Of a stretch of 48,569 nt of DNA, positions 33,271-42,790 are shown piece after piece (position 1 is the first letter of the stretch; each line of letters starts with the position of its first letter). The translations under genes and the position numbers were made by a program. Under the pieces are notes generated by a model. It was given only the letters and a program-made list of their open reading frames with translations. It was not told where the DNA came from and ran no database searches. Source of the stretch: Candidatus Troglogloeales bacterium (GTDB lineage Bacteria > Nitrospirota > Nitrospiria > SBBL01); NCBI GenBank assembly GCA_005239745.1, contig SBBL01000055.1, forward strand, positions 1-48,569, given 5' to 3'.

Positions 33271-34334
33271 TTACTGTTGTGGGAAGCGGCGCATGCCTAT
33301 TAGGTAAGCACAAAAAGGTACCAGGAAACCAAGCGGCAATAGCGCTGCCGCCAGTGGCGATATCCCCCACCCTACCTGTAAGTAGTCACCCAGTGTATAG
33401 AGCAAATAGTATACAACGATAAGTCCGGCGCTTGCAGTGATTCCATCGAAGCGTCCTGCGCGACCCAGCCCCCCTAGCCCTGCCCCAATTAGACCCATCA
33501 GAAACGATGCCAGCGAGAAGGAGAATATTCTATAGAATGCAAGCAGTTGGCGGTTAACCTCCGCTCCGGAAGCGTAAGCCTCCCAGAGGGCGGTATAGGT
33601 GGGTACCTCGACTTTCTGAGCGTTGCTCGCCCCCGGGATAGAAAGATGATAAGAAAAGAAAACAAGTCTTTGGTCCTGATGTAATGTGCTTCGATGGAGA
33701 CTGCCTTCCGTCAGGGATAAGACGATCGGCTGAGGAAATGGAGGGGAGATGATCTTACCCGTCTTTGCGACAATGACCATGGGGGATAGAGGATCTCGCC
33801 GATCGTCAATAAAAATGCCGCGCACCGTCGTGGGCGTTTGCATCTGTTCAATATAGATTGTCATTCCGGGGATATGGTGGTTAAAGGTTCCGGCCTCAAA
33901 TCCTGCGCCTATCTGTTGCTGAAGAAATAGCCTGGAGAGCGATTTTAGCGATCCACTTCCCCCCTTCATAAAGGCAAGGTGACCCATCCAAAGAGTAAGG
34001 CTAGCCACGATAAATGAGAAAAAAAAACAGGCCGAAGAATGCGCATGTGCCCAACCCCTGACGCCTGCATGGCGGTGACCTCATGATAGAAAGAAAGCTG
34101 ACGAAAGACAACAACGGTAGCAAGCAGGGATGCGACGGGAAGCGTGATTTCAAAAAATGGTGGGAGGAGAGAGAGAAAGACCGAACCTGCCACCTGTAAT
34201 CCGGCACCTCGGCCAACGACCCACTCAACGATGACAGCGCTTTGCGGAATGATGAGGATGAAGGTGAGAATGCACAGGGTGAGGAGGAAGGGAAGGTAAA
34301 GTTTCCTAAAGATATACACGTCCAGTAAGCGCAT
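33271..34334 (-). pseudogene. lptF: LptF/LptG-family permease split by a frameshift in a T9 homopolymer (A9 on the plus strand, 34019-34027)
   Basis: The N-terminal part (MRLLDVYIFRKL...ILRPVFF) and the C-terminal part (ASLTLWMGHLAF...MRRFPQQ) are in different frames. Adding one T restores a continuous 354-aa protein with an intact TM3 (PVFFFSFIVASLTLWMG). Confidence 0.75.
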
Positions 34335-34345
34335 TGAGTGATTAG

Positions 34346-35902
34346 TTATTGCGAAACACCCGTGATTTGGGTCACCAGCGGGGTGATGCCCGATTGGATC
34401 ACCTGAATAAATTGGGACGGAAAAATGCCGTAGTAAAGGGTCAGTGCAAGCATCAAGAGGATGGGTAGCCGATCGTGCCACGCCTTTGCGTCTTCTACCC
34501 CGGCATATCTTACGTCCATTTGTCCGAAGAAAACCCCGTGTAACATGCGCAACAGATAGCACAGCGTAACGCAGATGCCTAAGACGGCGATAATCGTAAT
34601 TTTAGGATAGACGCTGAAGCTGCCAATGATGATCATCAATTCACCGATGAAATTTACGGTGAGCGGCAGTCCGAATGAGGCCGCAACGGCAAGGGTGAAG
34701 GCCCCTGCCACAAAAGGCATCCGTTGACAAAGTCCGCCCAATGAAGGGATATCGCGTGTGTGGGTTTTATCGTATACCCATCCCGCCATGGCAAAGAGCA
34801 GACCGGTTGCCAGGGCATGGGCAAACATATAAAGCACGGCACCCGTCAGACTCAAACGATTCAAGGCAGCCATTCCAAGAAAGATAAAGCCCATATGGCT
34901 GGAAGATGAGTAGCCAATGACATATTTGGTATCCTTTTGGTATAAGGCGACCAATCCGCCGTAGATAATGTTTCCAATGCAAAGTGCCGCCGCGAGCGGC
35001 ATCCATTGGCGTGTCGCCTCAGGGAAGAGCAAGAAGGCCACCCGAATGATAGAAAAATGCCCAAGTTTCATGAGGACGCCTGCATGGAGCATAGAGGTCG
35101 CGGCAGGGGCAGAGGCGTGCCCTACGGGGGACCATGAGTGTAGCGGCCAAATGGGTGCGATAGAGGCAAATCCAAAGAAAACAAGGAGCCAAATGACGCT
35201 AACGAGTGCTTTTCCATAATGCGCTTCGGGTATCCGTGATAAAGCAAGCAGGTCAAACGATTGTAGGCCGGAATAGGCATAGATTAAAAGAATCCCCATC
35301 AGTGCGACAACGGCACCGGCGGAGAGAAAGAGGACTAATTTCATAGCCGCATATTCACGGCTGTTAGCGCCAAAGTTGAAGAAAAAGGCGGTAGAGTCTT
35401 TCATGGGATCGTTCGAGGTGAGATAACCTTTGGTATGGCTCCCCCAAACGGCAATTAAAAAGTACATGGGGATCACGGACATTTCATAAAAGAAGTAGAG
35501 GAAAAATAGATCAAGGGAAATATAGACACCGATGGTTGCGGCCGCTAGGACCAGCAATAGAACGTAAAACTCTTTGGTGCGGTCTTGGATATGCCATGAA
35601 ACAAAAATACCGGAGAGAATCAAGACGGAAGAGGCCAGTACCAATGGCACGGAAACGCCATCAACACCAAGATAGAGCGAGATGCCAAGGGTGGGCGCCC
35701 ATAAATAACGCTCTATGAATTGGAACTGCGGGCCCTGACTGTCAAAGGCGTACAGGAGGTAGAAGGAGGCAATAAGCGAAACCGAAGATGCGACAACGGC
35801 AATGGCCCGCACGAGGCGCGGCATGTGGTTAGGGACGAAAATGAGGAGAACGGCGCCGAAAAAAAGCGAGAACAGGATAAGCGATAAAAGGTAATGTTCC
35901 AA
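34346..35902 (-). CDS. NuoM / MrpD-type proton-conducting antiporter-like membrane subunit, standalone
   Basis: 518 aa and polytopic. IWPLHSWSPVGHASAPAATSMLHAGVLMKLG matches the NuoM-type motif (H-W-L-P-x-A-H-x-E-A-P...K-L-G). No other nuo or mrp genes are adjacent. Confidence 0.75.
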   Translation of the reverse strand: MEHYLLSLILFSLFFGAVLLIFVPNHMPRLVRAIAVVASSVSLIASFYLLYAFDSQGPQFQFIERYLWAPTLGISLYLGVDGVSVPLVLASSVLILSGIFVSWHIQDRTKEFYVLLLVLAAATIGVYISLDLFFLYFFYEMSVIPMYFLIAVWGSHTKGYLTSNDPMKDSTAFFFNFGANSREYAAMKLVLFLSAGAVVALMGILLIYAYSGLQSFDLLALSRIPEAHYGKALVSVIWLLVFFGFASIAPIWPLHSWSPVGHASAPAATSMLHAGVLMKLGHFSIIRVAFLLFPEATRQWMPLAAALCIGNIIYGGLVALYQKDTKYVIGYSSSSHMGFIFLGMAALNRLSLTGAVLYMFAHALATGLLFAMAGWVYDKTHTRDIPSLGGLCQRMPFVAGAFTLAVAASFGLPLTVNFIGELMIIIGSFSVYPKITIIAVLGICVTLCYLLRMLHGVFFGQMDVRYAGVEDAKAWHDRLPILLMLALTLYYGIFPSQFIQVIQSGITPLVTQITGVSQ

Positions 35903-36005
35903 ATTATTCTACTCTTTTACCTTGCCCGGGCCGATGAAGGCAGTGCGTTTATAACGACCCTGACGGTACTATAAAGACATGCGTGTAATCAATGCGACGG
36001 AACGG

Positions 36006-36476
36006 CTAGGGGGTAGGCGCAGGCACCGCGCCACCGGCAGCGGGTGCCTCTGTTGTAGGCGCGGTTGCGCTTGTAGGGTCTGGCGGCAACGTGAACGGAA
36101 CAGACGCGGGGACCTCTGTTGTAGGCGCGGTTGTGCTTGTGGCTGTGACACTGGGAGAGGGTATCTTTGTGGTGTTGTCTTTAGAGGTAGACTTGTCACT
36201 TTTCTTAGTCGCGGTGACAGACGAAGGATCGGCGTCCGGCATGACCGACTTGCCCTTCGCCGCCACTGACAGCCAGAGCGAAGTGACCATAAATAAGACC
36301 GCCGCACCGACCGTTACCTTGGCCAAAAAGGTAGTGGCCCCACGACTTCCAAAAATCGTCTGTGACGACCCGCCAAAGGCCGCACCCATCTCGGACCCTT
36401 TACCCGCTTGCAGCAAAACGGTCAGGATCAGAACAACCGCGATTAATATGTGGACAACTGTAATGAAGATGTGCAT
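36006..36476 (-). CDS. secG: Preprotein translocase subunit SecG with an extended Thr/Pro/Ala-rich C-terminal tail
   Basis: The N-terminal 75 aa are typical SecG (ILTVLLQAGKGSEMGAAFGGSSQTIFG). About 80 aa of low-complexity tail follow, containing a repeated TS(T/A)TAPTTE(V/A)PA unit. Confidence 0.85.
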   Translation of the reverse strand: MHIFITVVHILIAVVLILTVLLQAGKGSEMGAAFGGSSQTIFGSRGATTFLAKVTVGAAVLFMVTSLWLSVAAKGKSVMPDADPSSVTATKKSDKSTSKDNTTKIPSPSVTATSTTAPTTEVPASVPFTLPPDPTSATAPTTEAPAAGGAVPAPTP

Positions 36477-37234
36477 TTACCCCCCAACCTAACGATACTA
36501 GCAAATAGATGTGACGAAAGGCTAGCGCTACCTACCAGCACGCCATTGACGTGACGACTGCACGATCCGGAGAGGAATGAGGCCACATTCTCGGGCGTCA
36601 CGCTCCCGCCATAAAGCACCGGCTGGTCTATTGTGTCCCAAGTCGAGCGACAAAAATCCTGAATGCGCACATGAATCTCCACAACTTCAGAGGGAAGCGG
36701 GGACTCACCCGTTCCAATCGCCCAGACAGGCTCATAGGCAATCAACGCTTCCTTCATGGCTGTTTTACCCATCGCCGTTAGTTGCCGCTCTACCACGTCC
36801 CACGTCTTTCCATCAAGACGTTCCCGCCTGGTTTCCCCTACACAGAGGATAGGAATGAGACCGCTTTCCGCGGCCAATGAGGCCTTCTTGTTAATTACGG
36901 TATCGCTCTCCGAACAATAGATACGACGTTCAGAGTGCCCCACGATAACATATCGGCAGCCCAGTTCCGAGAGCATTCCGGCTGAAATTTCTCCCGTATA
37001 GGCGCCCTCCGATTCGTGGTGAACATTTTGGGCCGCTACATAAATTTTGGGGGAAGCGTGCGGCCCCCGTGCGGCCACTGTGGCGATTGCCGTATAAGGC
37101 GGCGCAATAATTAGACGATTCGAGAGGTCAACATCCGTACCGGCAAGTTCAGCCTCTAATGCCGTTATATACGCCGCGGCTTCAGTGGCCGTTTTATGCA
37201 TTTTCCAGTTGGCGACAAAGTAGGAGTGCGACAT
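36443..37234 (-). CDS. tpiA: Triose-phosphate isomerase
   Basis: FVANWKMHKT, IVGHSERR, AYEPVWAIGTG and YGGSV are present. The start ATG overlaps the pgk stop (TAATG). The ORF-track N-terminal extension is not used. Confidence 0.92.
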   Translation of the reverse strand: MSHSYFVANWKMHKTATEAAAYITALEAELAGTDVDLSNRLIIAPPYTAIATVAARGPHASPKIYVAAQNVHHESEGAYTGEISAGMLSELGCRYVIVGHSERRIYCSESDTVINKKASLAAESGLIPILCVGETRRERLDGKTWDVVERQLTAMGKTAMKEALIAYEPVWAIGTGESPLPSEVVEIHVRIQDFCRSTWDTIDQPVLYGGSVTPENVASFLSGSCSRHVNGVLVGSASLSSHLFASIVRLGGKCTSSLQLSTY

Positions 37235-38433
37235 TATGCTTCCCTGTCGGGAAGCGCCACAAGACCCGGAAGTGGCTTGCCTTCTAGCAACTGAAGGGCG
37301 GAAGCGCCTCCGGTTGAGATGAAAGAGAAGGATTCCGATTCCCCGGACCTCTGGACGGCCTGCGCCGTCTCTCCGCCCCCGGCGATGGTTAAGGCATAAG
37401 TGCTCGCGATGGCGTGGGCAACGGCGAGCGTACCCCGAGAATAGGCATCCACCTCGAACACCCCCATGGGGCCGTTCCAGAGGATGGTCTTTGCGTTGCT
37501 CAGTGCCTCCCGAAAAAGGGCACACGAAGCCGGACCAATGTCAAGGCCGATCCATCCTTTTGGTATCTCCTGCACGGGGACCAGTTTTGCCTCGGCGGTT
37601 GGATCATGACTGGTGGCGACCACACAATCTACCGGTAGATAGAACTTGATGCCCCGTGCGACGGCCTTCTCTTGCATATCACGCGCAACGTCAAGCATGC
37701 TTTCTTCAACCAATGAAAGCCCAACCTCTATCCCGGCCGCACGCAAAAAGGTAAAGGCCATTGCCCCACCAATGATAACCTTATCCACCCGTCCATCCAG
37801 GTTTCCAATAATTCCAATCTTTCCGGAGACCTTCTGTCCTCCTAAAACGGCTACAAACGGATGGGCGGGGTCTGCCACCGCCCGTTCCAAATAGTGAATC
37901 TCTTTATTCATTAAAAAACCACAACCGGACACCTTAACCTTTTGCGCAAGACCCACAACCGACGCATGTACCCTGTGTGCCGAGCCAAAAGCGTCATTGA
38001 TATACACATCAATCCCCAACCGCATCAGCGCCTGAATAAAAGCGGGATCATTTTTTATCTCTCCCGGGTGAAAACGGAGATTTTCTAGCAGGAGCACCTC
38101 TCCGGGCTTTAACAGGGCTGCCATGGATTCCGTTTCCGGGCCGATACAATCCGGCGCAAACAGGACTTCGCGTCCCAGAAGGCGTTGTAGTCGCTTTGCA
38201 ATTGGAGATAGCGAGAAACGCGGGTCCATACCCTTCGGACGACCCAGGTGGGAACCTAGAATAATGACTGCCCCTTCATCCAGAGCATAGTTAATGGTAG
38301 GCAGGGCCGACCGCACCCTGGTGTCGTCCATAATGCCCAAATCATGGTCAAGCGGAACGTTAAAATCCGTTCGGATAAAGACGCGCTTGCCCCGGATGGG
38401 AATATTTTCAATGGTGACTTTACGCGTGTGCAT
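37234..38433 (-). CDS. pgk: Phosphoglycerate kinase
   Basis: GKRVFIRTDFNVPL, SHLGRPKG and STGGGASL-like motifs are present. Length is 399 aa. Confidence 0.92.
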   Translation of the reverse strand: MHTRKVTIENIPIRGKRVFIRTDFNVPLDHDLGIMDDTRVRSALPTINYALDEGAVIILGSHLGRPKGMDPRFSLSPIAKRLQRLLGREVLFAPDCIGPETESMAALLKPGEVLLLENLRFHPGEIKNDPAFIQALMRLGIDVYINDAFGSAHRVHASVVGLAQKVKVSGCGFLMNKEIHYLERAVADPAHPFVAVLGGQKVSGKIGIIGNLDGRVDKVIIGGAMAFTFLRAAGIEVGLSLVEESMLDVARDMQEKAVARGIKFYLPVDCVVATSHDPTAEAKLVPVQEIPKGWIGLDIGPASCALFREALSNAKTILWNGPMGVFEVDAYSRGTLAVAHAIASTYALTIAGGGETAQAVQRSGESESFSFISTGGASALQLLEGKPLPGLVALPDREA

Positions 38434-39451
38434 ATTTTGAAAGGTAGCCGATGAGATCACGAATACGGCACGCGTAGCTCCATTCGTTGTCGTACCATGC
38501 AATCACCTTGACCATACGATTCCTGATAACCTTAGTGAAGGAACCGTCAACAATACATGAATGCGGATTGCCGGTAAAATCAATGGAGACCAGCGGCTCT
38601 TCACTGTAGGCCAAAATACCCGCAAGACCTTCCTGGGCGGCCTTTTTCATGGCTGCGGAGACCGCTTCGACAGTGACGTCCGATTCCATTTCCACCACAA
38701 GATCAATCAGCGAGACATTGGGTGTAGGGACACGAACCGCCATGCCGTCTAATTTGCCCCGTAGCTCCGGAAGGACGGAAAAGAGTGCCCGTGCGGCGCC
38801 CGTTGTGGTCGGAATCATGGAGAGGGCGCCGGCCCGTGCCCGTCTAAGGTCCTGATGCGGAAGATCGAGCAATGCCTGGTCGTTGGTATAGGAATGTACG
38901 GTCGTCATCAGGCCATGTTTAATCCCAAAATGTTGCAGCAGGACCTTTGCCACCGGGGCCAGGCAATAAGTGGTACATGACGCGCTCGAAACAATACGGT
39001 GCTGCCCAGGCAGGTACCCCGCCTGGTTCACGCCAAGCACCAGCGTGATGTCCGGGTCTTGGGCGGGGGCCGATATAACCACGTTCTTGGCACCTGCCTT
39101 TAGATGTTGCGAAGCCGCGGCACGATTCGTGAAATGGCCGCTCGATTCCACGACGACGTCTACCGAAAGCCTCCCCCACGGAAGATTTACAGGCTCCTTT
39201 TCTTGAAAGACCGGTATCTCGTTGCCGTTTACGATAATAGCGCCAGGCGTGGATGCAACGGTACCCTGAAACGGCCCATGGACCGAATCGTATTTCAATA
39301 GATGTGCAAGCGTTTGTGGATCCGTCAGATCGTTGATGGCAACGACCCGTATCTCACCCTCCGTCGGGGGATGAGAGGCAACCGCCCGCAAGAAACTGCG
39401 TCCAATGCGCCCAAATCCATTAATTGCAACGGAAAAATTGCCCTTTGACAT
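38420..39451 (-). CDS. gap: Type I glyceraldehyde-3-phosphate dehydrogenase
   Basis: INGFGRIGR and WYDNEW are present. The catalytic site reads SASCTTYCLAP, with Tyr where the canonical SCTTNC has Asn. The 3' end overlaps the pgk start by 14 nt. Confidence 0.92.
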   Translation of the reverse strand: MSKGNFSVAINGFGRIGRSFLRAVASHPPTEGEIRVVAINDLTDPQTLAHLLKYDSVHGPFQGTVASTPGAIIVNGNEIPVFQEKEPVNLPWGRLSVDVVVESSGHFTNRAAASQHLKAGAKNVVISAPAQDPDITLVLGVNQAGYLPGQHRIVSSASCTTYCLAPVAKVLLQHFGIKHGLMTTVHSYTNDQALLDLPHQDLRRARAGALSMIPTTTGAARALFSVLPELRGKLDGMAVRVPTPNVSLIDLVVEMESDVTVEAVSAAMKKAAQEGLAGILAYSEEPLVSIDFTGNPHSCIVDGSFTKVIRNRMVKVIAWYDNEWSYACRIRDLIGYLSKYAHA

Positions 39452-39523
39452 ACTAAGCCACTACCATTATATCCCTCTTCCGCCCTTGCCTTTGGTACCG
39501 CAAAGACAAACCCTGCTTAAATG

Positions 39524-41551
39524 TCAGAGTTCCTCTTCCAGTATATCTAGTTCGAAAAAGTCAGAAGGACCCGGAGTGAGATTAACGACCTCTGTAGGTT
39601 CGGTCCCCCTGACGAAAAGCTCCACGATAGCGGTCTCTTGACCGGGGGCCGCCAGCAAGCCCGTATCGGGGTCTATTTTAGCATAAACAATATTCTCCGG
39701 GATAGAGAAAGGCACCACTGGGAGGCGACCAAGCGCGGCTTCCATAAATAATTGCCAGATCGGGAGGGCAGTGGCTGCTCCGGTCTCTTTCGGTCCCAAA
39801 GAGCGGTTGTTGTCATATCCCACCCAAACGCCCACGGCGATACTTGGCGTAAACCCGACAAACCATGCGTCGGTAAAATCATTGGTTGTGCCGGTCTTCC
39901 CGGCCACCGGCCGCCCAATATTACGGGCCCGCTTGCCGGTGCCGCGTTGAATCACATCTTCAAGCATATTGGTGGTAATGTAGGCGGTTTCCCGTGAGAG
40001 CACCCGTTGGGGGCGTGTACGTGTACGCTCTAAGACATGCCGGTTTTGGTCCACAACAGAAAGAATCATAACGGGCGCGGCACGTATCCCCTGATTGGCA
40101 AAGACGGAATAGGCAGAGGTTAACTCTAAGAGACTAACCCCTGAGGTCCCTAGCGCAAGCGAGGGAGTAGCCGTCAACGGGCTTTGAATACCAACCCGGT
40201 GTGCCAACGCAACCACTTGCCCTACGCCCACCTCCTGCAATAATTTGATCGTAACGAGGTTTCTAGAGAAGGTCAGCCCCTCACGCAATCTTGTCGGGCC
40301 GTGGAACTGTTCGTCGTAATTTTTGGGCATCCACGGAACTTTACGGTGGGATTGCTGAATGATGGGGGAGTCAATGATAACGGTTGCCGGGGTTAGCCCA
40401 CGCTCAATGGCAGCCGCGTAGACAAACGGCTTGAAGGCTGAACCGGGTTGGCGGCGGGAGGTTATTGCCCGATTAAACTTGCTTGTCTCAAAGTCGGCTC
40501 CACCCACCATTGCCTTTACATGCCCCGTGCCGGGTTCAATAGCCACCAACGCCCCCTCTACCCGGGGCATCACCTTGCGTTTATCAAAACGGCGAAGCCC
40601 CTCCCTAATCGCCTTGTTCGCAACGCGCTGCATTTCAATATCGAGCGTGGTATAGACGTTTAAGCCACCCTTATAAAGTAATTTATTCCCATAACGCGCT
40701 GAGAGGTATTGCCTGATGTACTCGACAAAGTGTGGGGACAACGCCTCTTCTTTTGGCAAACCTTGTAACCGAAATACGTGTTGTTTCATTTCGGAGTCGG
40801 TGATGAGGCCTTCCTGACGCATGCGTCGCAAGACGATCTGTTGCCGTGCTTTAGCGCGCTTTGGATGGGTGTAAGGGGAGTATCGGGTGGGGGCCTTGAG
40901 CACCCCCGCCAACATGGCTGCCTCGGCATGGGTTAACCGGCTGACGTCCTTCCCAAAATAGGTACGCGAGGCCACCTGTGCGCCGTAGGCTCCATGCCCG
41001 AAATAAACCTGATTCAAATAAAACTCAAGGATTTGGTCCTTTGTTAGCGTCCGTTCTATTTTTAAGGAGAGTAAAATTTCCTTGGCTTTGCGCTGAAGGG
41101 TGCGCTCAGGGGTTAGAAAGAGACTCCGCGTCAGTTGTTGCGTAATGGTGCTTGCCCCTTCCCGAATTTTCCCTTGTTCAATATTGGTAAATGCAGCCTT
41201 GATCATTCGGCGATAGTCAATCCCAACGTGTTGATAAAACCGTGCGTCTTCAACGGCAAGTACCGCTTGAATGAGAAACTTGGACATCCTCGACAGTGGA
41301 ACATAGACCCGCTTTTCAACAAAAAACTGTTCAACGACCCGACCATCAGCGGCGTAGATACGACTTGCCTGGCTGGGCTCGTACCGGCTGATGCCTTCCA
41401 ATGAGGGAAGGTCTCGCGAGAGATAGTAAATGATCCCGCCAACCGTTATTAAGCCGAAGCACAGAACTACTAAGGCAAAGACCGCTAGCCGTTTTATCCA
41501 CTTAAACCGCACGGGACGCGGTTCCTCTTTTGTATGAGTGGTACTGTCCAT
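39524..41551 (-). CDS. mrcA: Bifunctional penicillin-binding protein 1A (glycosyltransferase GT51 plus transpeptidase)
   Basis: N-terminal TM anchor. GT51 motifs are EDARFYQHVGID, GASTITQQ and RKAKE. Transpeptidase motifs are SAFKP (SxxK), SRN and KTGTT. Confidence 0.9.
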   Translation of the reverse strand: MDSTTHTKEEPRPVRFKWIKRLAVFALVVLCFGLITVGGIIYYLSRDLPSLEGISRYEPSQASRIYAADGRVVEQFFVEKRVYVPLSRMSKFLIQAVLAVEDARFYQHVGIDYRRMIKAAFTNIEQGKIREGASTITQQLTRSLFLTPERTLQRKAKEILLSLKIERTLTKDQILEFYLNQVYFGHGAYGAQVASRTYFGKDVSRLTHAEAAMLAGVLKAPTRYSPYTHPKRAKARQQIVLRRMRQEGLITDSEMKQHVFRLQGLPKEEALSPHFVEYIRQYLSARYGNKLLYKGGLNVYTTLDIEMQRVANKAIREGLRRFDKRKVMPRVEGALVAIEPGTGHVKAMVGGADFETSKFNRAITSRRQPGSAFKPFVYAAAIERGLTPATVIIDSPIIQQSHRKVPWMPKNYDEQFHGPTRLREGLTFSRNLVTIKLLQEVGVGQVVALAHRVGIQSPLTATPSLALGTSGVSLLELTSAYSVFANQGIRAAPVMILSVVDQNRHVLERTRTRPQRVLSRETAYITTNMLEDVIQRGTGKRARNIGRPVAGKTGTTNDFTDAWFVGFTPSIAVGVWVGYDNNRSLGPKETGAATALPIWQLFMEAALGRLPVVPFSIPENIVYAKIDPDTGLLAAPGQETAIVELFVRGTEPTEVVNLTPGPSDFFELDILEEEL

Positions 41552-41552
41552 G

Positions 41553-41885
41553 TTAGCGGTACGGCTCCCAATCCATTAAGAGGGTATCTTTTTTTTGGCT
41601 ATTGCATGTTTTACAAGCGGGGACAACGTTTCCGCGCGTGCTTCGTCCCCCGCGAATCATCGGAACAATATGGTCCATCGTTAGTTCGGAAGGTTTGCAT
41701 GCCGCTTTGCAATAAAAACAAAGGCCGAGGCTTCTCCGGCGCTTCCACCATTGTGTGTTTCTCAATAAACGGGCGGCTTGCCGCTCACGGCTCAAGTGCT
41801 CATCCATCTTAAGTGTAATAGGCAATGCACGTTGCTTGTGAGTATCCTTGGCGCGCATGGATAGGCTCTTGGAGGGTACTTCCAC
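41553..41885 (-). CDS. Small HNH endonuclease
   Basis: CFYCK...MDHIVPMIRGG...NVVPACKTCNSQK is an HNH/zinc-finger core. The start is uncertain: GTG 41885 has the MITE-borne GAGGTG 9 nt upstream, and internal ATGs occur at 41858 and 41807. Confidence 0.75.
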   Translation of the reverse strand: MEVPSKSLSMRAKDTHKQRALPITLKMDEHLSRERQAARLLRNTQWWKRRRSLGLCFYCKAACKPSELTMDHIVPMIRGGRSTRGNVVPACKTCNSQKKDTLLMDWEPYR

Positions 41886-41891
41886 CTATTA

Positions 41892-42076
41892 GGGCACCTC
41901 TAAAAACCTACTGCGCGTCCAAACTGCTGCCCACCCCAAAACATTCAAACATTGTTTTGGGGGCCCCGGTGCGAGCTGCTGTGCTCGGAATCCTCATATA
42001 TTCAAAGATATACTCCGGTTCCTGTGCGCAGTAGCCCTTGCATTTGGGCCGCTCGTGACGGTTTTTAGAGGTGCCC
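41892..42076. mobile_element. MITE-like element, longest full copy (185 bp)
   Basis: Both TIRs are intact. It carries the extra internal module with the hairpin CCCCAAAACA-ttcaaacat-TGTTTTGGGG. Flanks are ATTA and CTTA. It contains the last 3 codons and the stop of the convergently entering gene at 42065-42787. Confidence 0.8.
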
Positions 42077-42787
42077 CTTACCAACAGGGAAGAGCGTTCG
42101 GTTGAGACCGTCCCAAAAGGCCTTGCGCAACGACAGGGAAAAACACGCACCGCGACGCAAGCGCGCTTGACCCTCATCGGTCCCCACGAACTTTGTAATG
42201 AGCCGGTTAAAGACAACCGCATGTTCTTTATCCTCTTCAATGTGCAACGTAAAGTACTCAACGTCACCATCAGTAAGTGTCGTGTTATTCTTTATCCCTG
42301 CGACGAGTGGGGGGAACATCATCGGGATGGAAAACTCGTGCCCAGGGCCAACCGCGCCCAAGGCTTCCAGGAAATCCCCTTCACGCGTAAGGTGGAGGTG
42401 CCCCTCAATAAAACGGCTGACTTCAGGAAGCGGGGTAACGCGCCCCCATGCCCCATCGGATAGGCCAAGCGTCCTTAGAAAGCTTCGATAAAGCGCCGGA
42501 TGGCTCCGAAAAATGGTGTATTGCCCAAACTCGTCATTGAAAACGACCCGAAAGAGGGACTCCGCCTCCGGATCAGGGATGCGAGGCAGGAGGTTCGTCA
42601 TGTAGTTGACGAATATCCGAACTAATTGATAGTGCTGCAGGCCAAACGCTTGCAGTTGCCAAAGCGCCATCTTTTCAGACGCAAACCGCGAAAGGAAAGG
42701 ATGCCTGACCGCCCCATCATTGCGAATCTCCTCCTCCAGCCGGCTTAGGAAGGTGTCCGCTGATGTGGCTGATGTGTGAGAAGACAC
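42065..42787 (-). CDS. Heme-oxygenase-like di-iron protein (PqqC/CADD/TenA-type, iron-containing redox enzyme family)
   Basis: About 240 aa and helical. Candidate metal ligands sit at family-typical spacing: NDEFGQ...SHPALY, GHEFSIP and FTLHIEEDKEHA. The C-terminus GHL-stop is encoded by the MITE TIR. Confidence 0.65.
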   Translation of the reverse strand: MSSHTSATSADTFLSRLEEEIRNDGAVRHPFLSRFASEKMALWQLQAFGLQHYQLVRIFVNYMTNLLPRIPDPEAESLFRVVFNDEFGQYTIFRSHPALYRSFLRTLGLSDGAWGRVTPLPEVSRFIEGHLHLTREGDFLEALGAVGPGHEFSIPMMFPPLVAGIKNNTTLTDGDVEYFTLHIEEDKEHAVVFNRLITKFVGTDEGQARLRRGACFSLSLRKAFWDGLNRTLFPVGKGHL

Positions 42788-42790
42788 GAC

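Noticed and set aside
35969-36492. ORFs 35969-36307 (-), 35979-36269 (+) and 36091-36492 (+) around secG
   Set aside because: These are alternate-frame or antisense readings of the repetitive Thr/Pro-coding tail of secG. The SecG frame has the diagnostic N-terminal motif.
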